Shown here in pieces: positions 45,272-56,299 of a stretch of 64,000 nucleotides of DNA (its first letter is position 1; the number at the start of each line of letters is the position of its first letter). The translations under genes and the position numbers were made by a program. Origin of the DNA: Alphaproteobacteria bacterium. Its GTDB lineage: Bacteria > Pseudomonadota > Alphaproteobacteria > UBA8317. The notes under the pieces are model-generated. The model was not told the origin of the DNA and searched no databases. It was given only the letters and a program-made list of their open reading frames with translations. Location of the stretch: assembly GCA_038131935.1 (NCBI GenBank), contig JAYPQH010000018.1:160001-224000 (forward strand), in the 5' to 3' direction.

Positions 45272-45547
45272 ATGCGTCTTGATAATTGGTTGATCAGGGC
45301 AAGGTTTTGCAAAACCAGGGCCCATGCTTGGAAGATCATGAGTGGCCCTGGGTTTCGTTTGAACGGCCGCATTGTCTCCAAAGCCCATACACGCGTGGAC
45401 ATTGATGATATCATCATCATGTATCTAGGACCCAATCTGTTCGAGATTACCATCAGCTTTTTGCCAGACCGCCGGGGTTCACCATCTGAGGCACGCACAT
45501 GGTACCATTGCATCGACCTTCACACTGAGGCAGATAAGAATCCGTAA
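45272..45547 (+). CDS. RNA-binding S4 domain protein (Hsp15/HslR-like)
   Basis: MRLDNWLIRARFCKTR, RLNG, RRGSPSEARTWY. Confidence 0.85.
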   Translation: MRLDNWLIRARFCKTRAHAWKIMSGPGFRLNGRIVSKAHTRVDIDDIIIMYLGPNLFEITISFLPDRRGSPSEARTWYHCIDLHTEADKNP

Positions 45548-45562
45548 AGAAAGGGGAGATCA

Positions 45563-46009
45563 ATGTTCAAAAAACTCCAAGAATGGTTTCAACCTGTTGC
45601 CTCCAACCAAAGTGACGAAGAGAGCCATGTCGTGGCCATCGCATCTCTTTTGTTGATGGCAGCAGACATGGATGGTTCAGAAGATGATGCGGAATTACAT
45701 GTTATCCATGGCTTGTTGGCCCGAGAGTTTCCTGAACAATCTTCAGAAGTTTGGCTGGAAAAAGCACGTGAAGCGCTACAGCAACGCCATGATTTGGTGG
45801 GTTTCACCAAAACCTTAAAAGATCAATTCGTCCCAGAAGAGCGCATGCAAATTATGGAAATGATATGGGAAGTGGTCTTAGCCGATGGCGTGGTTGATCC
45901 CATGGAAGATATGCTTGTGCGAAAGCTGGCTGGACTTTTATACATAACTGATCAAGAACGTGGTGTTGCACGTCAAAATGTGTTGGAACGAGTAAACAAC
46001 GAAGGATGA
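45563..46009 (+). CDS. TerB family protein
   Basis: AADMDG..DDAE, FTKTLK, MIWEVVLADG..DPME. Confidence 0.82.
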   Translation: MFKKLQEWFQPVASNQSDEESHVVAIASLLLMAADMDGSEDDAELHVIHGLLAREFPEQSSEVWLEKAREALQQRHDLVGFTKTLKDQFVPEERMQIMEMIWEVVLADGVVDPMEDMLVRKLAGLLYITDQERGVARQNVLERVNNEG

Positions 46010-46012
46010 ACC

Positions 46013-46351
46013 ATGACATATGTTGTCACCGATAACTGTATCCGCTGCAAATATATGGATTGCGTTGAGGTATGCCCCGTGGATTGCTTTTATGAGGGGG
46101 AGAATATGTTGATGATCCATCCCGACGAATGTATCGATTGCGGGGTTTGCGAGCCAGAATGTCCCGCTGAAGCCATCAAGCCAGACACGGATCCGGGGAT
46201 GGATATTTGGGTGGAACGCAACCGTACCTATTCTTTGCAATGGCCCAACATCATCGTGAAGGGTCATGCACCGGATGATGCAGAAGATTGGGATGGCAAG
46301 CCCAACAAATGGGAAGAGCAGTTTTCGGCAAAACCGGGTGAAGGCAAGTAA
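46013..46351 (+). CDS. fdxA: Ferredoxin FdxA (2 Fe-S clusters)
   Basis: [43 protein letters not shown]. Confidence 0.97.
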   Translation: MTYVVTDNCIRCKYMDCVEVCPVDCFYEGENMLMIHPDECIDCGVCEPECPAEAIKPDTDPGMDIWVERNRTYSLQWPNIIVKGHAPDDAEDWDGKPNKWEEQFSAKPGEGK

Positions 46352-46615
46352 GATGAAGAGCACTTTTCTGTAGCGCTCAGGTTCTTCCACCAAAACATTT
46401 CAAAACATTCGCTCATCACAACAGGTTATGGGTTTTCCCATAGCCCTTTGTCATGTTACGCCCTTCATCAAGAACCACAGGAAACCTCGTGATGAGGATT
46501 GGTGGTACAGTTGAAGCGTTGTGCAAAAGAGGCCTCGATAAGGATGACAGACATGATGACATCGATAAAAAAGATAACCATGCCATCAACCCCCACCCTC
46601 CTCAACGCTCAGAGA

Positions 46616-47158
46616 ATGAAGGTTTATTTGGCTATTGTTTTCGTCATGATGCTGGCGCTTTACCTTCACGTAAACCCTGCACATGCCCAAACCCAGAATG
46701 ACGCAGCCCAAAACAATCCCTCCCAAGGCGCGCGCCCATCGGTAGAGGAACAAATCGGTGATTGGCGGTTTTTATGTTTTGGTGAAGGTTTGGAACGTGA
46801 TTGTGGCGCCATCCAAATCCAAGTGAATGAAAAAAAACAACGCGTGATGGAAGCCCGAATTATCCGTGTTAACAAAGATCAAATTGGCCTCTTGGTGATC
46901 TTACCCCTAGGGGTAAGGCTGCAAGCCGGGGTCGCTGTTGCGGTGGATGGCACCTATTTGGGCACCTTGCAATATAATGTCTGCACCCAAGATGGCTGCC
47001 AAGCCTTGGCGGTTTTAAATGAGCAGAACGCAGAAATATTCCGCAAAGGAAGCCAAGCCGTGCTCACCATTGTGGCGGGAAAAAACAACAAGGTTGGAGT
47101 TCCGCTCTCCTTAAAAGGTTTTACAAAGTCAGAAAGCAGGGTTCGCACGTCTTTATGA
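46616..47158 (+). CDS. Invasion associated locus B (IalB) family protein
   Basis: Signal peptide, GDWRFLC, C..IQ, LPLGV.L..G, C..DGC, SLKGF. Start codon uncertain. Confidence 0.82.
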   Translation: MKVYLAIVFVMMLALYLHVNPAHAQTQNDAAQNNPSQGARPSVEEQIGDWRFLCFGEGLERDCGAIQIQVNEKKQRVMEARIIRVNKDQIGLLVILPLGVRLQAGVAVAVDGTYLGTLQYNVCTQDGCQALAVLNEQNAEIFRKGSQAVLTIVAGKNNKVGVPLSLKGFTKSESRVRTSL

Positions 47159-47411
47159 TGACATCATCTGCATGAGGTAAGGCAGCGCTTAACAAGAATG
47201 CTTCTTAAACAGATGCCTGTAAAAAGATCCTGTGAAAAAACCAACAGACAAAGTGAATGAAGACCACGAGCAAACCAAAGACTTCGGCTTCAGCCATATG
47301 GAAAAGCTACATCCATCAACGAAATGCGTGGGCCCAACTTCACCACATTTCAAACCCAGATGGGGCTTTACCATGTTGCCCCTCACGATCCCCTGTCATT
47401 GATGCAATCGC

Positions 47412-47447
47412 TGGGATCTGAGTCTAAAATCTGAGGTTGGGATCTGA
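47412..47447. repeat. Degenerate 13-bp tandem repeat (ATCTGA at 47416, 47429, 47442)
   Basis: Direct reading of the spacer downstream of the TIGR01244 gene. Confidence 0.65.
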
Positions 47448-47462
47448 AACTTTGTTTGTCAG

Positions 47463-47882
47463 TTAGCCCTGCGCGATATTTTCAAGCAACGGACGCATGG
47501 GGGCAATATCATAACCTGCAAGAGCGGCTTGGTTGATCACCGCATCCTCACCCAGTTCGCGACAGCGTACCATGGCCCAAAGATGGGTGGATCTTGTGCC
47601 TGTTCGACAGAAAATTAACGTGGGCTTACCTGTTTCCTGAAGTGTTTGGGCGAACTCATCAAGCTGTGCTTGGTTAATTTGCCCTGGAACCACCGGTATT
47701 TCATAAAAAGGGATATCATGAACGGCCAAAGCTTCTGCCAATTCTGCAGCCTGAGGCTGATGAGGCTCCTCATGATCAGGCCTGTTACAGATGACGGCAC
47801 GTATTCCTGCATCATGTAACTTTTGGGCATCATCGGGACGTAATTGTGGTGCGGTGAAAACACCATTTTCGAGCTGTTGCAT
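47463..47882 (-). CDS. TIGR01244/DUF442 family sulfur transferase (phosphatase-like fold)
   Basis: APQL, ICNRPDHEEP.QP, FCRTGTRS. Confidence 0.9.
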   Translation of the reverse strand: MQQLENGVFTAPQLRPDDAQKLHDAGIRAVICNRPDHEEPHQPQAAELAEALAVHDIPFYEIPVVPGQINQAQLDEFAQTLQETGKPTLIFCRTGTRSTHLWAMVRCRELGEDAVINQAALAGYDIAPMRPLLENIAQG

Positions 47883-47936
47883 GGTCGGACACTTTCCTTG
47901 GGTTCAAATATCTTTCTGGACCACTGGCCTGAATAA

Positions 47937-47962
47937 GCCAGATGAATAGGCCAGATGAATAG
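47937..47962. repeat. Perfect 13-bp tandem duplication GCCAGATGAATAG x2
   Basis: Direct reading. Confidence 0.8.
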
Positions 47963-48056
47963 GAATGACCATAACGACGGATGGGCTTGCGTTTCAATAG
48001 TTCTCTTCATCTGTATCTTTTTGATGCCCAAAAGCCCTCATCATGATAAAAGCCCC

Positions 48057-48095
48057 CAAAAGGACGATCTAAAAAGGACGGCACCCAAAAGGATA
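48057..48095. repeat. Degenerate AAAAGGA repeat, 14-15 bp period, x3
   Basis: caaaaggacg (48057), aaaaaggacg (48071), caaaaggata (48086), just upstream of the YdcF gene. Confidence 0.65.
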
Positions 48096-48100
48096 AAGAG

Positions 48101-48885
48101 ATGTTTTTCCCATTGACCAAAATCGTTGGATTTATGTTGGACCCGTTGCATCTTCCCTATTTTTGGTAGCTTTCGCCTTTTTGTTGCGTTCTTTGTCGCG
48201 GAACATATCGAAATTTTTGATCGCCTGTGCACTTGCTTGGGTCATGTTGTTGGGCGTGGTACCTTTTTGGCAATGGGGCCTGCAATCACTCGAAAATCAA
48301 TATGCCTACCCCGATCCCATGCCCTCTCAAATTGGTGGGATTATCGTGCTTGGAGGCGCCATGGAAAGTGGTTCCGTTGGTGCAAGCCGCCCCTTTCCTC
48401 CCGTAGGTTCATCAGGAGAGCGGTTGTTTGCGGGCCTCCAATTGGCCCAACGCTACCCCAACGTCCCCATTGTTTTTTCAGGGTACTCGGGGTCTTTGTG
48501 GTCTGTAGAAGCAGATGAGGCAAGCCTTACCAGATCTCTTATCCATGACCTTATCAAAAATCCCCAAAGGGTCATGTACGAAAACAAATCAAGAAATACC
48601 TATGAAAATGCGGTATTCACCGAAAAATTGCTCCTGGACCAAAAACATACACAAACCAATGCCCCCTTCTTACTGGTAACATCTGCGGGGCATATGCCGC
48701 GCAGCATGGCTTTGTTTGCCAAAACGGGCATTCCTGTGGTGGCTTATCCCGTGGATTACGTGAGCCCTCAAACAGGGACAGCTTATGATATCCGTTATGA
48801 CATCAAATGGGGTGCAGACCTGGCTGATAGGCTGCTTCATGAAATTTTGGGGCTAATAGGCTATCGCCTGAGCGGAAAGATATGA
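48101..48885 (+). CDS. YdcF/DUF218 (ElyC/SanA-like) envelope protein; indel at ~48,160
   Basis: MFFPLTKIVGFMLDP start at 48101; GIIVLGG, ERL, FSG, SRNTYENA, LVTSAGHMPRS, HEILG. Confidence 0.88.
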
Positions 48886-49127
48886 TGGGCATTTGCTGAA
48901 AAGCCGTTTTTGCGCTATAATGTCACTCATTGTGAAAGACGAGGTTTATGAAAACATCAGATATCATCCCATCAACATGGCAATCTATCCAACCAACTTA
49001 AAAGTAATAGCCCATCAATTGAGAAATATTCTGAGCAATATTTGTACTATTCAAGGAGAGGTTTTTTAAAAGTTTCTTCACGGTGACGATGTTGATCTTT
49101 TGGTTGGGCAAACCTATTCGGTTAGGA

Positions 49128-49162
49128 GAGCAAAAAGGCGAGCAAAAGGGCGGAAAAAAGGC
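49128..49162. repeat. Degenerate 12-bp tandem repeat GAGCAAAA(A/G)GGC x2-3 upstream of carD
   Basis: gagcaaaaaggc gagcaaaagggc ggaaaaaaggc. Confidence 0.75.
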
Positions 49163-49378
49163 TGGCAAACCAAAGCAGAAAACGAATTGAAAATTTTGTT
49201 CCCGCAAGACTGTTTAAAAAAGGGTTGGTGAGGCTATTGCTTTTAAAAAAGGCACAGCCATTGGCCAAATTCACGCCATGATGATGGAAAAGATATCGCG
49301 AAAGCATACCCATTTTATGTCTCTTTCATAAAATATGAGACAAGTACGACTGAAATTTTGAAGAAGGCAAAAAGCAAG

Positions 49379-49897
49379 ATGAGCAAAATGAAATCACCAA
49401 CAACAACTGAGTTCCAAGTCAACGATCATGTGGTGTATCCCACCCATGGCGTGGGTAAGATCATCGCTATTGAAACCCAAGAAATCGCCGGCATGAGTTT
49501 GGAATTGTTTGTGATCCGTTTTGATAATGAAAAAATGACCCTTCGCGTGCCCACCATGAAGGCCGCACAAACGGGCATGCGTAAGCTTTCAGATGACACC
49601 ACCGTGGCTGACGCCATGAAAACCCTCAAGGGAAAAGCAAAAATCAAGCGCACCATGTGGTCACGTCGGGCACAAGAATATGAAGCCAAAATCAATTCTG
49701 GCAACTTGGTATCCATCGCGGAAGTGGTACGGGATTTGTACCGTGGTGAAGACCAACCTGAGCAATCTTATTCTGAACGTCAATTGTTTGAGGCAGCCTT
49801 TGAGCGCTTAACAAGAGAGTTGGCGGCGGTTGAAAAAATTGCCCAGTCCGACGCAGCCAAACAGGTTGAAACAGCCCTCGACAAGAATGCTGCCTAA
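49379..49897 (+). CDS. carD: CarD family transcriptional regulator
   Basis: VVYPTHGVGKI, LRVP, WSRRAQEYEAKINSG, AEVVRDL. Confidence 0.96.
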   Translation: MSKMKSPTTTEFQVNDHVVYPTHGVGKIIAIETQEIAGMSLELFVIRFDNEKMTLRVPTMKAAQTGMRKLSDDTTVADAMKTLKGKAKIKRTMWSRRAQEYEAKINSGNLVSIAEVVRDLYRGEDQPEQSYSERQLFEAAFERLTRELAAVEKIAQSDAAKQVETALDKNAA

Positions 49898-50143
49898 CCC
49901 ACACCTTTAAATAAAAGCTAAGATGGATGCGCCACGCAGGTTACCTCCATCGAGACGCCCCAACCTTTGTTGATAAAAAAATGATGGTTGGGTTCTTTTT
50001 TATAGTTTGTTCTCGACAGCTGCGTCATTTTCGACCATGATGAGGCATGATGACACATAGGCAGCGACATTTTGGCTGCCCATCTGCTGAATAATTGTCA
50101 CGTTTTTGATGATGGCATGACCAAAGCACCGGGAGGACAAACA

Positions 50144-51037
50144 ATGAGCGGCATAGACACCACGGAAAGCTTACGGGCCAATCGCCAATATGTGAAGCGT
50201 GCCATGAGTGCGCCCCTGTTAGAGTCTGAAGAAGAACTTGAGTTGGCACGCTCTTGGCGTGAAGAAGGTGATGAGAAATCCCTTCATAAGCTGACACAAG
50301 CGTACCTTCGGCTTGTTGTCTCCATGGCAGGACGGTTTCGGCATTATGGCCTTCCCATGGGTGATCTGATCCAAGAGGGAAATATTGGCTTGATGCAGGC
50401 CGCGGCACGTTTTGAGCCGAGCCGTGAGGTTCGTTTTTCCACCTATGCCAGCTGGTGGATACGGGCAGCCATCCAAGATTATGTTTTACGCAACTGGTCT
50501 ATTGTGCGCACAGGAACCACCGCCGCTCAAAAATCATTGTTTTTCAACCTACGCCGCATGCGGGCGCTGATTGGGGATGCCAGTCAGCAAAAGTTGGATG
50601 ATGATTCCGTTGAGGAAATCGCAACCAAACTTGGGGTACGCCGCCGGGATGTGGAATTCATGGAAGCACGGCTTGCTGCGTCAGACCGGTCGCTCAACGC
50701 CCAGGTTGGTGAGGATGGCGACACGGTGGAATGGCAAGATCTTTTGGCAGATGATCGCAGCACCCCTGATCAGGTGGCAGAGGCGCGCATTGATTCTGAT
50801 ATCCAGACCCGTTGGATCAAAGATGCGTTGGCCAAACTCAACAAACGAGAAATGATCATCATTACCGAACGCAAGCTTCGGGAAGAGAGTGTGACCCTTG
50901 AATCTTTGGGGCGTCGTTTGGGGATTTCAAAAGAACGGGTCCGCCAGATTGAGCATCAGGCCTTGAAAAAGCTGCGTCGTGCCATGGATGAAATGGTGCC
51001 TGACACCAAAGTCATTCGCTATTCAGACGAACTGTAA
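50144..51037 (+). CDS. rpoH2: RNA polymerase sigma-32 factor, RpoH2 type
   Basis: DLIQEGNIGLMQAA.RF, RFSTYASWWI, RpoH box RTGTTAAQKSLFFNLRR, SKERVRQIE. Adjacent to carD. Confidence 0.9.
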   Translation: MSGIDTTESLRANRQYVKRAMSAPLLESEEELELARSWREEGDEKSLHKLTQAYLRLVVSMAGRFRHYGLPMGDLIQEGNIGLMQAAARFEPSREVRFSTYASWWIRAAIQDYVLRNWSIVRTGTTAAQKSLFFNLRRMRALIGDASQQKLDDDSVEEIATKLGVRRRDVEFMEARLAASDRSLNAQVGEDGDTVEWQDLLADDRSTPDQVAEARIDSDIQTRWIKDALAKLNKREMIIITERKLREESVTLESLGRRLGISKERVRQIEHQALKKLRRAMDEMVPDTKVIRYSDEL

Positions 51038-51236
51038 CCATCCGAATGACCTCAAACTGATCTCTTTGGCTGCACAAAAATCAGAACGGGCATCACAATC
51101 GGTACCATCATGAGGTGGCGATGCGCCACGGGTTCACAAAAAGCCCAATTGGATCTGCGACCTTGACCGTGATGATGCGGCCCCTTATGAGGCAGGTCTT
51201 GGAGATTGGCGAGGTAAAAAAGGGGGATAAAAGGGT

Positions 51237-52379
51237 TTGACACAACCTTTCGATCAGCTGCCTTGTGCCTTTCATCATGTGTCAGGCGAGATATTGGCAT
51301 CATTCACCCTGTCATCTGGGAAAAGCCTTTCGCAGTTGGATATTGCCTACACCACCCTTGGGACACTCAATAAAGCGCGAACCAACGCCATCTTGATTTG
51401 TCATGCCCTCACAGGTGATCAATATGTGGGCACCAGCCATCCTGTCACCGGCAAAGCTGGCTGGTGGGATCGAATGGTAGGCCCCGGCAAACCTCTTGAT
51501 ACAGATCGATATTTCTTGATCTGCGCGAATGTGTTGGGTGGTTGTGCGGGCACCACGGGTCCACAAAGCCTTCATCCTGATACCCTGCAGCCTTACCGGC
51601 TTGATTTTCCTGTGATCACGATTGCGGATATGGTCGCGGTGCAAAAATTGCTGATTGATGCCTTGGGCATTGATAAGCTTTTGGCCGTCGTTGGAGGGTC
51701 CATGGGCGGCATGCAGGTGCTGCAATGGGCATCAAGCTACCCAGAACAGTTGCATGCAGCGGTGACCATCGCATCAGCTGCACGACATTCTGCCCAGAAC
51801 ATCGCCTTTCATGAATTGGGACGCCAAGCCATCATGGCCGATCCAAGTTGGGCAGGTGGACAATATGAAAGCCAGCCCACCAAAGGGTTGGCCGTGGCAC
51901 GCATGGCCGCGCATATCACCTATTTGTCTGAACCTGCCCTGACCCGCAAATTTGGACGCCGATTACAAGCACGTGACAGCTTGACCTATGGATTTGATGC
52001 AGATTTTCAGGTGGAGAGCTATTTGCGCCATCAAGGCATGAGTTTTGTGGACCGCTTTGATGCCAACTCCTACCTTTATATCACCCGTGCCATGGATTAT
52101 TTTGATTTGGCTGCAGATCATGATGGCAATTTGGCCGCGGCTTTTGCCCAAGGGCAAACCCGGCATCTGGTGATCTCCTTTGACAGTGATTGGCTGTTCA
52201 CAACCGCTGAGGCCAAACATTTGGTTCATGCGCTGAATGCAGCCGGTCAAGAAACCTCATTCTTAGAAATCAGCTCTGACAAAGGCCATGATGCCTTTTT
52301 GCTGGAAGAACCTGAACTTGATCAGGCGTTAAGGGGATTTCTGGATGCAACCTGGGATGACGTGGGAGGAACCCCATGA
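51237..52379 (+). CDS. metX: Homoserine O-acetyltransferase
   Basis: [31 protein letters not shown]. Translationally coupled to metW. Confidence 0.95.
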   Translation: MTQPFDQLPCAFHHVSGEILASFTLSSGKSLSQLDIAYTTLGTLNKARTNAILICHALTGDQYVGTSHPVTGKAGWWDRMVGPGKPLDTDRYFLICANVLGGCAGTTGPQSLHPDTLQPYRLDFPVITIADMVAVQKLLIDALGIDKLLAVVGGSMGGMQVLQWASSYPEQLHAAVTIASAARHSAQNIAFHELGRQAIMADPSWAGGQYESQPTKGLAVARMAAHITYLSEPALTRKFGRRLQARDSLTYGFDADFQVESYLRHQGMSFVDRFDANSYLYITRAMDYFDLAADHDGNLAAAFAQGQTRHLVISFDSDWLFTTAEAKHLVHALNAAGQETSFLEISSDKGHDAFLLEEPELDQALRGFLDATWDDVGGTP

Positions 52380-52993
52380 ACGCAACAGGTGAATTGCGCA
52401 AAGATTACGAAATCCTGGCTGAATGTGTCCCCGAAGGTGCACGGGTTTTGGACATTGGTTGTGGAACAGGTGGGCTTCTGGGTTTCTTGCGCGATCACCG
52501 TGGCGCAAGGGGGCTTGGTATTGATCTCAAATCTGAAAATGTCAGTGCCTGTCTTTCCAAAAGGTTAAACGCGATCCAAGGGGATGCTGAGGTCGAATTG
52601 GCCAATTACCCCGCCCAAAGTTTTGATGTGGCGATCCTTTCACAAACCCTGCAAGCCCTCACCCGCCCCCATGACACCCTAGATGAGATGTTACGGGTGG
52701 CAGACACTGCCATTGTCACCTTCCCTAATTTTGGCCATTGGCGCTTGAGGGGGCAGCTTTTGTGGCGTGGCTGCATGCCCGTCACGGAAGATTTGGCGTA
52801 TGAATGGTATGACACACCCAATATTCATTTTTGCACCATTCGTGATTTTGTAAATTTTTGTGATGCCCGCAACATCGTGATCAGGGAAGGCAAATACCTC
52901 AACACAAATGGCGATGTGGCCCCCATTGCACATCAATTGTGGCGTGCAAACCTGCTGGGCAAACAAGCCATCTTTACCCTCGCCCGATCTTGA
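52376..52993 (+). CDS. metW: Methionine biosynthesis protein MetW
   Basis: [28 protein letters not shown]. Confidence 0.95.
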   Translation: MNATGELRKDYEILAECVPEGARVLDIGCGTGGLLGFLRDHRGARGLGIDLKSENVSACLSKRLNAIQGDAEVELANYPAQSFDVAILSQTLQALTRPHDTLDEMLRVADTAIVTFPNFGHWRLRGQLLWRGCMPVTEDLAYEWYDTPNIHFCTIRDFVNFCDARNIVIREGKYLNTNGDVAPIAHQLWRANLLGKQAIFTLARS

Positions 52994-53155
52994 GGGCTTT
53001 TTTAAGAGATTCCAACGCATCTTTGTTGGGAAATTTCAGAACATTTCCACGCCTCGATGTCGCAAGTTGCCCCCTTAGCCCTTGCATCAAAAGTCGTCCC
53101 ATGGCTATCTGCGCGTGTGAAACTATGACAAACCCAAACGACAAGGAACGAAATG

Positions 53156-53905
53156 ATGAAGGTGCTTGTACCGGTCAAACGTGTGGTCGATTATAACGTA
53201 CGTGTGCGTGTGAAAGCTGACCAAACGGGTGTGGAATTGGCCAACGTAAAAATGTCCATGAACCCTTTTGACGAAATCGCTGTGGAAGAAGCGATCCGCC
53301 TGAAGGAAGCAGGTACGGTTACCGAAATCATCGCCTGTTCCATTGGTGTTGCCCAAGCCCAAGACACCATCCGTACAGCCCTTGCCATGGGTGCAGACCG
53401 TGGTGTTCATGTCACCACGGATGAAAGCCTTGAGCCCCTGGCAATTGCCAAAATTTTGGCCAAAATTGTTGGCGATGAGGGTATCGATCTGGTCATCATG
53501 GGCAAGCAAGCCATTGATGATGATTGCTCACAGACGGGCCAAATGTTGGCAAGTCTTTTGGATTGCCCACAGGCAACCTTTGCCTCAGAAGTTCAACTTG
53601 AGGGTACCCACGCCACTGTCACCCGGGAAATCGATGGTGGCCTGCAGACGATTAAGGTGTCCTTGCCTGCGGTGATCACCACAGACCTGCGTTTGAATGA
53701 GCCACGTTATGCATCATTGCCCAACATCATGAAAGCGAAGAAAAAGCCCATTGATGCAAAGCCTGCTGCAGATTACGGGGTAGACCTTACCAACCGCTTA
53801 AATGTTGTCAAAGTGACCGAACCACCTGTTCGTGAGGCAGGCCGCAAGGTGGCGGATGTCGGAGAACTTGTTACAAGCCTTAAAGATGCAGGAGTGATCG
53901 CATGA
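53156..53905 (+). CDS. etfB: Electron transfer flavoprotein beta subunit
   Basis: [50 protein letters not shown]. Confidence 0.97.
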   Translation: MKVLVPVKRVVDYNVRVRVKADQTGVELANVKMSMNPFDEIAVEEAIRLKEAGTVTEIIACSIGVAQAQDTIRTALAMGADRGVHVTTDESLEPLAIAKILAKIVGDEGIDLVIMGKQAIDDDCSQTGQMLASLLDCPQATFASEVQLEGTHATVTREIDGGLQTIKVSLPAVITTDLRLNEPRYASLPNIMKAKKKPIDAKPAADYGVDLTNRLNVVKVTEPPVREAGRKVADVGELVTSLKDAGVIA

Positions 53906-54825
53906 GCACCTATTTGCTGATTGACCATAACAATAATGATGCCAACGGTTCTAACTTTAAGGCCATGAGTGCGGCCAAGGCTTTGGGCTCAGATGTGATC
54001 GCTGTCGTGATGGGGCATCAATGCCAAGAAGTGGCGAACCAAGCAGCGCAAATTGAAGGGGTGTCAAAGGTCCTTCTGGCTGATCATGAAGGCTTGGTGC
54101 ATCAACCTGCAGAAGCCATTGCCCCTGCCCTTGTTGGCCTCATGGGTGAAGGTGATCATTTGGTGGCAGCATCCTCAACCGTCACCCGCAATATTCTTCC
54201 GCGCGTGGCTGCCAAATTGGACGTGATGCAGGTATCAGATTTGATTGAGGTCATTGACCCTAAGACATTCGTGCGTCCCATTTATGCAGGCAACGCGATG
54301 CAAACCGTGACCTCACAAGACAAACATATTGTAGCCACCATTCGTGCAACGGCATTCTCTGCGGTGGGTACCCAAGATGGAACAGATGTAGAGACATTGG
54401 ATGTCAGCTCATCTGATCAGAACCAATTTGTGGGTGAGGAATTGTCCAAATCCGACCGTCCGGAACTAACCGCGGCAAAGATCGTGATTTCTGGGGGACG
54501 GGGCATGCAAAATGGTGAGAATTTTGCCATGCTTGAGAAGGTTGCCGACAAATTGGGCGCAGCGATTGGCGCAAGCCGTGCCGCCGTTGATGCAGGCTAT
54601 GTTCCTAATGATTATCAAGTCGGTCAGACTGGTAAAGTCGTGGCACCTGAATTGTACATAGCTGTGGGGATTTCAGGGGCGATCCAGCATTTGGCCGGCA
54701 TGAAGGATTCCAAGGTGATCGTTGCGATCAACAAAGATGAGGAAGCGCCTATTTATCAAGTGGCCGATTATGGCCTTGTGGCAGACCTTTTCCAGGCTGT
54801 TCCTGAATTGGAAGACAAACTCTGA
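53902..54825 (+). CDS. etfA: Electron transfer flavoprotein alpha subunit
   Basis: [38 protein letters not shown]. Confidence 0.97.
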   Translation: MSTYLLIDHNNNDANGSNFKAMSAAKALGSDVIAVVMGHQCQEVANQAAQIEGVSKVLLADHEGLVHQPAEAIAPALVGLMGEGDHLVAASSTVTRNILPRVAAKLDVMQVSDLIEVIDPKTFVRPIYAGNAMQTVTSQDKHIVATIRATAFSAVGTQDGTDVETLDVSSSDQNQFVGEELSKSDRPELTAAKIVISGGRGMQNGENFAMLEKVADKLGAAIGASRAAVDAGYVPNDYQVGQTGKVVAPELYIAVGISGAIQHLAGMKDSKVIVAINKDEEAPIYQVADYGLVADLFQAVPELEDKL

Positions 54826-54856
54826 TCAGATTTTCGATCAATCCGTTAACATCATC

Positions 54857-54894
54857 AACCTGGCTTTTGCATTGCATCAGCCGGGTTAACTTTT
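54857..54894 (+). terminator. Probable terminator hairpin after etfA
   Basis: AACCTGGCT...AGCCGGGTT followed by a T-rich tract. Confidence 0.55.
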
Positions 54895-56299
54895 AAGTGC
54901 TTTGAGAGAAACTACCCGTGTCATAAGCACTGTCCATCTCACTTCAAGATAATATTTACCCAATATCTTTCTTCCATCTTCATCACGGCAAGCATATTTG
55001 GTGGTAATTGTTTGAGCTTATCTCAACCAAATTTTAACTGTGGTGCAGATACCCAATGATTGATCGCTGACATCATCGGTATCATCCTAGGCATCACTCA
55101 GTGGGCTTATATATAAACGCTTGCGCAAGCATTAAACTCGAGCCCTTCTTCTGAGCAGAGTTGCATTCAGGGATTTGATTGGAGTTCGCCTTCGGGAATT
55201 TGTCTTTTCTTGCCTATTAAAGGCACACCATGCTTCGTGCTTCTTTACGTTGTGCGTACTTCACTCCAGATAACGTTGGCATAAACGGCGTTCTGACCAA
55301 ATTCCTCGCAAATGCATGCTCAACTTGTCATGATAGAAATATACCGCTTGACGCGAATGAGGCTTCGTGAAGGATCTATCCATCTGTAGGTAAAGCTACC
55401 GGATATCCCAAATTCTCTACCCACCCTGGTAATTGCATCTTCCACAAAATTTGCGTTGATTGGGTTTTCCTGCACCTGACGGAGTGCACGGTGATACATG
55501 TTGCCTTCTGCACAAGCAGGGGCGCGTATAGCTTAGCTCCTTCTCTCTCACCAGTTTCTAGGCTCCGTTTTGTAGGTATTCCTGTCTTTATTGAGGATGA
55601 TATGAAACCATGCGACGACGGTCTGAGATCTGCGAGTTCACATTTCCAAGATCTAATTGCGACCTCGCGCAAGGGACCAGCCATACGCTTACTGGAAATC
55701 AAAAATAAATCAAGAGGTGTAGTCGGTATCATATCCCAGCAATCAGCACTCCATTTACAGTCTAATAATCGAGTGGCAGAGCAAACATCAGCTGGAGGGG
55801 TTCATAATAAGATCTTGTGGACTGACATAGAACATAGGCGACAGCCTAAACAGTGGGTCGATAGGTGAAATACTGAATAGGCTAAAGCTACCCAGGAAAC
55901 AATCTGAATGAATCCTATTTCAGGTCATTCATTCAGGGTTGAGCTGCAATTGATCTCGAGTTGATTCAGGAGCATCATTAGATATAATCATGCTCAAAGG
56001 TGCTCTATGCCTGCACGATAATGCAATAAATTATCTGAGGTCATGGGAGGATCATTTAACTGGCGGCCCCTGTCCGTCAGCCATAGGCACACGCGATTAC
56101 TCGACAACAAATACGAACGCTCGTCTATAGTCACATAAATGAAAGGACGCCTTCATAGGAATAGTGCTGCCTGAGGTGTGTTGCAGTGCATTGCTTCAGC
56201 GCACAGCGAGGCGGTATTCGAAATTATCCGTCCCAGCTTAGCTAAGACTCTCACCAGGATCCCATTCACCCTCTATGAGGTCGCTCCGATGGTAATCTG

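Noticed and set aside
25927-49162. CRISPR array or REP elements among the intergenic repeats
   Set aside because: The units are 12-25 bp, 2-4 copies, without unique spacers or a shared palindrome, and no cas genes are present.
51038-51236. SAM-II/SAM-SAH riboswitch expected upstream of metX
   Set aside because: I could not find the conserved core or pseudoknot pairing by eye. An Infernal scan would be needed.
298-54825. Numerous short antisense or overlapping ORFs in the ORF track
   Set aside because: They lie opposite or within well-supported genes and show no recognisable motifs. Treated as shadow ORFs.
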